Assembly: GCA_964057225.1 (NCBI GenBank)
Contig: OZ059899.1
Location: 19,716,001-19,780,000 of the forward strand
Direction: 5' to 3'
Length of the DNA stretch: 64,000 nucleotides
DNA from: Auanema rhodensis
Taxonomy: Eukaryota > Animalia > Nematoda
The position numbers and the translations under genes were made by a program. The notes beneath the pieces were generated by a model. It ran no database searches. It was not told the origin of the DNA and saw only the letters and a program-made list of their open reading frames with translations. Below are positions 1-10,000 of this stretch, piece by piece (the stretch's first letter is position 1; every line of letters begins with the position of its first letter).

Positions 1-79
1 CATCGAATGCACTATACATCATTGAGAAACGTTTAATACAAAAATTAGTTATGATCGTTTGAAAAATGATGCATTAGTG

Positions 80-109
80 TATGTTGAGTTTCCATGTACA
101 CTCAACATA
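80..109. repeat. Inverted repeat within the monomer: (t)atgttgagt - 10 nt - actcaacat(a)
   Basis: 81-89 atgttgagt is the exact reverse complement of 100-108 actcaacat. The stem extends to 10 bp in 'catag' variant monomers. Confidence 0.95.
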
Positions 110-115
110 GCTTCC

Positions 116-181
116 AAAAACATTTTGACAAAAATTTTTCCGAAAAATTTCAAAATAATTTCGCGAAAAGTAGATGTTTTT
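116..181. repeat. Nested inverted repeats in an A/T-tract region
   Basis: aaaaacat (116-123) pairs with atgttttt (174-181). aaatttttc (132-140) - c - gaaaaattt (142-150) is a near-perfect palindrome. attttg (122-127) / caaaat (151-156) is an alternative pairing. Confidence 0.9.
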
Positions 182-258
182 AGATTCCTTTTTTCAAGGC
201 AAAGACGATGGACAATGTTATTCAACGAAAAAATTATTTCTGCAGGGTGAAAATCGAG

Positions 259-280
259 GATATAAGTGTGAACTTATATC
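259..280. repeat. Perfect 9-bp inverted repeat with 4-nt loop: gatataagt-gtga-acttatatc
   Basis: 259-267 is the exact reverse complement of 272-280. It is intact in the large majority of monomers. Confidence 0.95.
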
Positions 281-992
281 AGTTGATATCTCGGTGCATT
301 TTTAAGCTAGCGCAAATCTAATAACACAGATCGACGCAGCTTAAAAATCCGCATCGAATGCACTATACATCATTGAGAAACGTTTAATACAAAAGTTAGT
401 TATGATCGTTTGAAAAATGATGCATTAGTGTATATTGAGTTTCCATGTACACTCAACATTGCTTCCAAAAACATTTTGACAAAAATTTTTCCGAAAAATT
501 TTAAAATAATTTTGCAAAAAGTAGGTGTTTTTAGATTCCTTTTTTCAAGGCAAAGACGATGGACAATGTTATTCAACGAAAAAATTAATTCTGCAGGGTG
601 AAAATCGAGGATATAAGTGTGAACTTATATCAGTTGATATCTCGGTGCATTTTTAAGCTAGCGCAAATCTGATAACACAGATCGACGCAGCTAAAAAATC
701 CGCATCGAATGCACTATACTGCATTGAGAAACGCTTAATACAAAAATTAGGTATGATCGTTTGAAAAATGATGCATTAGTGTATATTGAGTTTCCATGTA
801 CACTCAACATAGCTTCCAAAAACATTTTGACAAAAATTTTTCCGAAAAATTTCGAAATAAATTCGCAAAAAGTAGATGTTTTTAGATTCCTTTTTTCAAG
901 GCAAAGACGATGGACAATGTTATTCAACGAAAAAATTAATTCTGCAGGGTGAAAATCGAGGATATAAGTGTGAACTTATATCAGTTGATATC

Positions 993-1059
993 TCGGTGCA
1001 TTTTTAAGCTAGCGCAAATCTGATAACACAGATCGACGCAGCTTAAAAATCCGCATCGA
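993..1059. repeat. Long imperfect inverted repeat (67 nt; monomer positions 291-357), shown for monomer 3
   Basis: tcggtgc/gcatcga (one G-T pair, cc bulge), atttttaagct/agcttaaaaat (perfect 11 bp), gcg/cgc, atctg/cagat, loop ataaca. Confidence 0.93.
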
Positions 1060-4000
1060 ATGCACTATACTGCATTGAGAAACGCTTAATACAAAAGTTA
1101 GTTATGATCGTTTGAAAAATGATGCATTAGTGTATATTGAGTTTCCATGTACACTCAACATTGCTTCCAAAAACATTTTGACAAAAATTTTTCCGAAAAA
1201 TTTTAAAATAATTTTGCAAAAAGTAGGTGTTTTTAGATTCCTTTTTTCAAGGCAAAGACGATGGACAATGTTATTCAACGAAAAAATTAATTCTGCAGGG
1301 TGAAAATCGAGGATATAAGTGTGAACTTATATCAGTTGATATCTCGGTGCATTTTTAAGCTAGCGCAAATCTGATAACACAGATCGACGCAGCTTAAAAA
1401 TCCGCATCGAATGCACTATACTGCATTGAGAAACGCTTAATACAAAAGTTAGTTATGATCGTTTGAAAAATGATGCATTAGTGTATGTTGAGTTTCCATG
1501 TACACTCAACATAGCTTCCAAAAACATTTTGACAAAAATTTTTCCGAAAAATTTCAAAATAATTTCGCAAAAAGTAGGTGTTTTTAGATTCCTTTTTTCA
1601 AGGCAAAGACGATGGACAATGTTATTCAACGAAAAAATTAATTCTGCAGGGTGAAAATCGAGGATATAAGTGTGAACTTATATCAGTTGATATCTCGGTG
1701 CATTTTTAAGCTAGCGCAAATCTGATAACACAGATCGACGCAGCTTAAAAATCCGCATCGAATGCACTATACTGCATTGAGAAACGCTTAATACAAAAGT
1801 TAGTTATGATCGTTTGAAAAATGATGCATTAGTGTATGTTGAGTTTCCATGTACACTCAACATTGCTTCCAAAAACATTTTGACAAAAATTTTTCCGAAA
1901 AATTTTAAAATAATTTTGCAAAAAGTAGGTGTTTTTAGATTCCTTTTTTCAAGGCAAAGACGATGGACAATGTTATTCAACGAAAAAATTAATTCTGCAG
2001 GGTGAAAATCGAGGATATAAGTGTGAACTTATATCAGTTGATATCTCGGTGCATTTTTAAGCTAGCGCAAATCTGATAACACAGATCGACGCAGCTTAAA
2101 AATCCGCATCGAATGCACTATACTGCATTGAGAAACGCTTAATACAAAAGTTAGTTATGATCGTTTGAAAAATGATGCATTAGTGTATGTTGAGTTTCCA
2201 TGTACACTCAACATTGCTTCCAAAAACATTTTGACAAAAATTTTTCCGAAAAATTTTAAAATAATTTTGCAAAAAGTAGGTGTTTTTAGATTCCTTTTTT
2301 CAAGGCAAAGACGATGGACAATGTTATTCAACGAAAAAATTAATTCTGCAGGGTGAAAATCGAGGATATAAGTGTGAACTTATATCAGTTGATATCTCGG
2401 TGCATTTTTAAGCTAGCGCAAATCTGATAACACAGATCGACGCAGCTTAAAAATCCGCATCGAATGCACTATACTGCATTGAGAAACGCTTAATACAAAA
2501 ATTAGGTATGATCGTTTGAAAAATGATGCATTAGTGTATATTGAGTTTCCATGTACACTCAACATAGCTTCCAAAAACATTTTGACAAAAATTTTTCCGA
2601 AAAATTTCGAAATAAATTCGCAAAAAGTAGATGTTTTTAGATTCCTTTTTTCAAGGCAAAGACGATGGACAATGTTATTCAACGAAAAAATTAATTCTGC
2701 AGGGTGAAAATCGAGGATATAAGTGTGAACTTATATCAGTTGATATCTCGGTGCATTTTTAAGCTAGCGCAAATCTGATAACACAGATCGACGCAGCTTA
2801 AAAATCCGCATCGAATGCACTATACTGCATTGAGAAACGCTTAATACAAAAGTTAGTTATGATCGTTTGAAAAATGATGCATTAGTGTATGTTGAGTTTC
2901 CATGTACACTCAACATTGCTTCCAAAAACATTTTGACAAAAATTTTTCCGAAAAATTTTAAAATAATTTTGCAAAAAGTAGGTGTTTTTAGATTCCTTTT
3001 TTCAAGGCAAAGACGATGGACAATGTTATTCAACGAAAAAATTAATTCTGCAGGGTGAAAATCGAGGATATAAGTGTGAACTTATATCAGTTGATATCTC
3101 GGTGCATTTTTAAGCTAGCGCAAATCTGATAACACAGATCGACGCAGCTTAAAAATCCGCATCGAATGCACTATACTGCATTGAGAAACGCTTAATACAA
3201 AAGTTAGTTATGATCGTTTGAAAAATGATGCATTAGTGTATGTTGAGTTTCCATGTACACTCAACATAGCTTCCAAAAACATTTTGACAAAAATTTTTCC
3301 GAAAAATTTCGAAATAAATTCGCAAAAAGTAGATGTTTTTAGATTCCTTTTTTCAAGGCAAAGACGATGGACAATGTTATTCATCGAAAAAATTAATTCT
3401 GCAGGGTGAAAATCGAGGATATAAGTGTGAACTTATATCAGTTGATATCTCGGTGCATTTTTAAGCTAGCGCAAATCTGATAACACAGATCGACGCAGCT
3501 TAAAAATCCGCATCGAATGCATTATACTACATTGAGAAACGCTTAATACAAAAATTAGTTATGATCGTTTGAAAAATGATGCATTAGTGTATGTTGAGTT
3601 TCCATGTACACTCAACATAGCTTCCAAAAACATTTTGACAAAAATTTTTCCGAAAAATTTCGAAATAAATTCGCAAAAAGTTGATGTTTTTAGATTCCTT
3701 TTTTCAAGGCAAAGACGATGGACAATGTTATTCATCGAAAAAATTAATTCTGCAGGGTGAAAATCGAGGATATAAGTGTGAACTTATATCAGTTGATATC
3801 TCGGTGCATTTTTAAGCTAGCGCAAATCTGATAACACAGATCGACGCAGCTTAAAAATCCGCATCGAATGCACTATACTGCATTGAGAAACGCTTAATAC
3901 AAAAGTTAGTTATGATCGTTTGAAAAATGATGCATTAGTGTATGTTGAGTTTCCATGTACACTCAACATAGCTTCCAAAAACATTTTGACAAAAATTTTT

Positions 4001-7000
4001 CCGAAAAATTTCAAAATAATTTCGCAAAAAGTAGATGTTTTTAGATTCCTTTTTTCAAGGCAAAGACGATGGACAATGTTATTCAACGAAAAAATTAATT
4101 CTGCAGGGTGAAAATCGAGGATATAAGTGTGAACTTATATCAGTTGATATCTCGGTGCATTTTTAAGCTAGCGCAAATCTGATAACACAGATCGACGCAG
4201 CTTAAAAATCCACATCGAATGCACTATACTACATTGAGAAACGCTTGATACAAAAATTAGTTATGATCGTTTGAAAAATGATGCATTAGTGTATGTTGAG
4301 TTTCCATGTACACTCAACATAGCTTCCAAAAACATTTTGACAAAAATTTTTCCGAAAAATTTCAAAATAATTTCGCGAAAAGTAGATGTTTTTAGATTCC
4401 TTTTTTCAAGGCAAAGACGATGGACAATGTTATTCAACGAAAAAATTATTTCTGCAGGGTGAAAATCGAGGATATAAGTGTGAACTTATATCAGTTGATA
4501 TCTCGGTGCATTTTTAAGCTAGCGCAAATCTAATAACACAGATCGACGCAGCTTAAAAATCCGCATCGAATGCACTATACATCATTGAGAAACGCTTAAT
4601 ACAAAAGTTAGTTATGATCGTTTGAAAAATGATGCATTAGTGTATATTGAGTTTCCATGTACACTCAACATTGCTTCCAAAAACATTTTGACAAAAATTT
4701 TTCCGAAAAATTTTAAAATAATTTTGCAAAAAGTAGGTGTTTTTAGATTCCTTTTTTCAAGGCAAAGACGATGGACAATGTTATTCAACGAAAAAATTAA
4801 TTCTGCAGGGTGAAAATCGAGGATATAAGTGTGAACTTATATCAGTTGATATCTCGGTGCATTTTTAAGCTAGCGCAAATCTGATAACACAGATCGACGC
4901 AGCTTAAAAATCCGCATCGAATGCACTATACTGCATTGAGAAACGCTTAATACAAAAATTAGGTATGATCGTTTGAAAAATGATGCATTAGTGTATATTG
5001 AGTTTCCATGTACACTCAACATAGCTTCCAAAAACATTTTGACAAAAATTTTTCCGAAAAATTTCGAAATAAATTCGCAAAAAGTAGATGTTTTTAGATT
5101 CCTTTTTTCAAGGCAAAGACGATGGACAATGTTATTCAACGAAAAAATTAATTCTGCAGGGTGAAAATCGAGGATATAAGTGTGAACTTATATCAGTTGA
5201 TATCTCGGTGCATTTTTAAGCTAGCGCAAATCTGATAACACAGATCGACGCAGCTTAAAAATCCGCATCGAATGCACTATACTGCATTGAGAAACGCTTA
5301 ATACAAAAATTAGGTATGATCGTTTGAAAAATGATGCATTAGTGTATATTGAGTTTCCATGTACACTCAACATAGCTTCCAAAAACATTTTGACAAAAAT
5401 TTTTCCGAAAAATTTCGAAATAAATTCGCAAAAAGTAGATGTTTTTAGATTCCTTTTTTCAAGGCAAAGACGATGGACAATGTTATTCAACGAAAAAATT
5501 AATTCTGCAGGGTGAAAATCGAGGATATAAGTGTGAACTTATATCAGTTGATATCTCGGTGCATTTTTAAGCTAGCGCAAATCTGATAACACAGATCGAC
5601 GCAGCTTAAAAATCCGCATCGAATGCACTATACTGCATTGAGAAACGCTTAATACAAAAATTAGGTATGATCGTTTGAAAAATGATGCATTAGTGTATAT
5701 TGAGTTTCCATGTACACTCAACATAGCTTCCAAAAACATTTTGACAAAAATTTTTCCGAAAAATTTCGAAATAAATTCGCAAAAAGTAGATGTTTTTAGA
5801 TTCCTTTTTTCAAGGCAAAGACGATGGACAATGTTATTCAACGAAAAAATTAATTCTGCAGGGTGAAAATCGAGGATATAAGTGTGAACTTATATCAGTT
5901 GATATCTCGGTGCATTTTTAAGCTAGCGCAAATCTGATAACACAGATCGACGCAGCTTAAAAATCCGCATCGAATGCACTATACTGCATTGAGAAACGCT
6001 TAATACAAAAATTAGTTATGATCGTTTGAAAAATGATGCATTAGTGTATGTTGAGTTTCCATGTACACTCAACATAGCTTCCAAAAACATTTTGACAAAA
6101 ATTTTTCCGAAAAATTTCGAAATAAATTCGCAAAAAGTAGATGTTTTTAGATTCCTTTTTTCAAGGCAAAGACGATGGACAATGTTATTCAACGAAAAAA
6201 TTAATTCTGCAGGGTGAAAATCGAGGATATAAGTGTGAACTTATATCAGTTGATATCTCGGTGCATTTTTAAGCTAGCGCAAATCTGATAACACAGATCG
6301 ACGCAGCTTAAAAATCCGCATCGAATGCACTATACTGCATTGAGAAACGCTTAATACAAAAATTAGGTATGATCGTTTGAAAAATGATGCATTAGTGTAT
6401 ATTGAGTTTCCATGTACACTCAACATAGCTTCCAAAAACATTTTGACAAAAATTTTTCCGAAAAATTTCGAAATAAATTCGCAAAAAGTAGATGTTTTTA
6501 GATTCCTTTTTTCAAGGCAAAGACGATGGACAATGTTATTCAACGAAAAAATTAATTCTGCAGGGTGAAAATCGAGGATATAAGTGTGAACTTATATCAG
6601 TTGATATCTCGGTGCATTTTTAAGCTAGCGCAAATCTGATAACACAGATCGACGCAGCTTAAAAATCCGCATCGAATGCACTATACTGCATTGAGAAACG
6701 CTTAATACAAAAATTAGGTATGATCGTTTGAAAAATGATGCATTAGTGTATATTGAGTTTCCATGTACACTCAACATAGCTTCCAAAAACATTTTGACAA
6801 AAATTTTTCCGAAAAATTTCGAAATAAATTCGCAAAAAGTAGATGTTTTTAGATTCCTTTTTTCAAGGCAAAGACGATGGACAATGTTATTCAACGAAAA
6901 AATTAATTCTGCAGGGTGAAAATCGAGGATATAAGTGTGAACTTATATCAGTTGATATCTCGGTGCATTTTTAAGCTAGCGCAAATCTGATAACACAGAT

Positions 7001-10000
7001 CGACGCAGCTTAAAAATCCGCATCGAATGCACTATACTGCATTGAGAAACGCTTAATACAAAAATTAGTTATGATCGTTTGAAAAATGATGCATTAGTGT
7101 ATGTTGAGTTTCCATGTACACTCAACATAGCTTCCAAAAACATTTTGACAAAAATTTTTCCGAAAAATTTCGAAATAAATTCGCAAAAAGTTGATGTTTT
7201 TAGATTCCTTTTTTCAAGGCAAAGACGATGGACAATGTTATTCATCGAAAAAATTAATTCTGCAGGGTGAAAATCGAGGATATAAGTGTGAACTTATATC
7301 AGTTGATATCTCGGTGCATTTTTAAGCTAGCGCAAATCTGATAACACAGATCGACGCAGCTTAAAAATCCGCATCGAATGCACTATACTGCATTGAGAAA
7401 CGCTTAATACAAAAGTTAGTTATGATCGTTTGAAAAATGATGCATTAGTGTATGTTGAGTTTCCATGTACACTCAACATAGCTTCCAAAAACATTTTGAC
7501 AAAAATTTTTCCGAAAAATTTCAAAATAATTTCGCAAAAAGTAGATGTTTTTAGATTCCTTTTTTCAAGGCAAAGACGATGGACAATGTTATTCAACGAA
7601 AAAATTAATTCTGCAGGGTGAAAATCGAGGATATAAGTGTGAACTTATATCAGTTGATATCTCGGTGCATTTTTAAGCTAGCGCAAATCTGATAACACAG
7701 ATCGACGCAGCTTAAAAATCCACATCGAATGCACTATACTACATTGAGAAACGCTTGATACAAAAATTAGTTATGATCGTTTGAAAAATGATGCATTAGT
7801 GTATGTTGAGTTTCCATGTACACTCAACATAGCTTCCAAAAACATTTTGACAAAAATTTTTCCGAAAAATTTCAAAATAATTTCGCGAAAAGTAGATGTT
7901 TTTAGATTCCTTTTTTCAAGGCAAAGACGATGGACAATGTTATTCAACGAAAAAATTATTTCTGCAGGGTGAAAATCGAGGATATAAGTGTGAACTTATA
8001 TCAGTTGATATCTCGGTGCATTTTTAAGCTAGCGCAAATCTAATAACACAGATCGACGCAGCTTAAAAATCCGCATCGAATGCACTATACATCATTGAGA
8101 AACGTTTAATACAAAAATTAGTTATGATCGTTTGAAAAATGATGCATTAGTGTATATTGAGTTTCCATGTACACTCAACATAGCTTCCAAAAACATTTTG
8201 ACAAAAATTTTTCCGAAAAATTTCGAAATAAATTCGCAAAAAGTAGATGTTTTTAGATTCCTTTTTTCAAGGCAAAGACGATGGACAATGTTATTCAACG
8301 AAAAAATTAATTCTGCAGGGTGAAAATCGAGGATATAAGTGTGAACTTATATCAGTTGATATCTCGGTGCATTTTTAAGCTAGCGCAAATCTGATAACAC
8401 AGATCGACGCAGCTTAAAAATCCGCATCGAATGCACTATACTGCATTGAGAAACGCTTAATACAAAAGTTAGTTATGATCGTTTGAAAAATGATGCATTA
8501 GTGTATGTTGAGTTTCCATGTACACTCAACATAGCTTCCAAAAACATTTTGACAAAAATTTTTCCGAAAAATTTCGAAATAAATTCGCAAAAAGTAGATG
8601 TTTTTAGATTCCTTTTTTCAAGGCAAAGACGATGGACAATGTTATTCATCGAAAAAATTAATTCTGCAGGGTGAAAATCGAGGATATAAGTGTGAACTTA
8701 TATCAGTTGATATCTCGGTGCATTTTTAAGCTAGCGCAAATCTGATAACACAGATCGACGCAGCTTAAAAATCCGCATCGAATGCATTATACTACATTGA
8801 GAAACGCTTAATACAAAAATTAGTTATGATCGTTTGAAAAATGATGCATTAGTGTATGTTGAGTTTCCATGTACACTCAACATTGCTTCCAAAAACATTT
8901 TGACAAAAATGTTTCCGAAAAATTTCAAAATAATTTCGCGAAAAGTAGATGTTTTTAGATTCCTTTTTTCAAGGCAAAGACGATGGACAATGTTATTCAA
9001 CGAAAAAATTATTTCTGCAGGGTGAAAATCGAGGATATAAGTGTGAACTTATATCAGTTGATATCTCGGTGCATTTTTAAGCTAGCGCAAATCTGATAAC
9101 ACAGATCGACGCAGCTTAAAAATCCGCATCGAATGCACTATACTGCATTGAGAAACGCTTAATACAAAAGTTAGTTATGATCGTTTGAAAAATGATGCAT
9201 TAGTGTATGTTGAGTTTCCATGTACACTCAACATTGCTTCCAAAAACATTTTGACAAAAATTTTTCCAAAAAATTTTAAAATAATTTTGCAAAAAGTAGG
9301 TGTTTTTAGATTCCTTTTTTCAAGGCAAAGACGATGGACAATGTTATTCAACGAAAAAATTAATTCTGCAGGGTGAAAATCGAGGATATAAGTGTGAACT
9401 TATATCAGTTGATATCTCGGTGCATTTTTAAGCTAGCGCAAATCTGATAACACAGATCGACGCAGCTTAAAAATCCGCATCGAATGCATTATACTACATT
9501 GAGAAACGCTTGATACAAAAATTAGGTATGATCGTTTGAAAAATGATGCATTAGTGTATGTTGAGTTTCCATGTACACTCAACATAGCTTCCAAAAACAT
9601 TTTGACAAAAATGTTTCCGAAAAATTTCAAAATAATTTCGCGAAAAGTAGATGTTTTTAGATTCCTTTTTTCAAGGCAAAGACGATGGACAATGTTATTC
9701 AACGAAAAAATTATTTCTGCAGGGTGAAAATCGAGGATATAAGTGTGAACTTATATCAGTTGATATCTCGGTGCATTTTTAAGCTAGCGCAAATCTGATA
9801 ACACAGATCGACGCAGCTTAAAAATCCGCATCGAATGCACTATACTGCATTGAGAAACGCTTAATACAAAAGTTAGTTATGATCGTTTGAAAAATGATGC
9901 ATTAGTGTATGTTGAGTTTCCATGTACACTCAACATTGCTTCCAAAAACATTTTGACAAAAATTTTTCCGAAAAATTTTAAAATAATTTCGCAAAGAGTA

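Larger units (their letters stand above)
1..351. repeat. Reference monomer (arbitrary phase set by the window start)
   Basis: Positions 1-351 are followed by catcgaatg again at 352. Consensus hand count: 55 C and 58 G in 351 bp. Confidence 0.98.

Noticed and set aside
259-311. Helitron 3' end (hairpin followed by CTAG) or intrinsic terminator
   Set aside because: The hairpin is AT-rich and about 26 nt from ctag, which is followed by c rather than t. There is no U-tract after the stem and no upstream gene.
1-351. Monomer as a diverged dimer of ~175-bp subunits, or assignment to a named satellite family
   Set aside because: The two halves show no alignment by eye. Similar length to known ~350-360-bp insect satellites is not evidence of homology, so a database search is required.
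850-870. CENP-B box-like motif (ttcg...a)
   Set aside because: ttcgaaataaattcgc lacks the required CGGG of NTTCGNNNNANNCGGGN.
1016-1085. Hammerhead ribozyme or retrozyme, suggested by a structured ~350-nt tandem unit and ctgataa
   Set aside because: The conserved CUGANGA core is absent on both strands (ctgataa on +, ctgatat on -) and there is no suitably placed stem II-GAAA. An Infernal/Rfam scan of a dimer would be the definitive test for other ribozyme classes.
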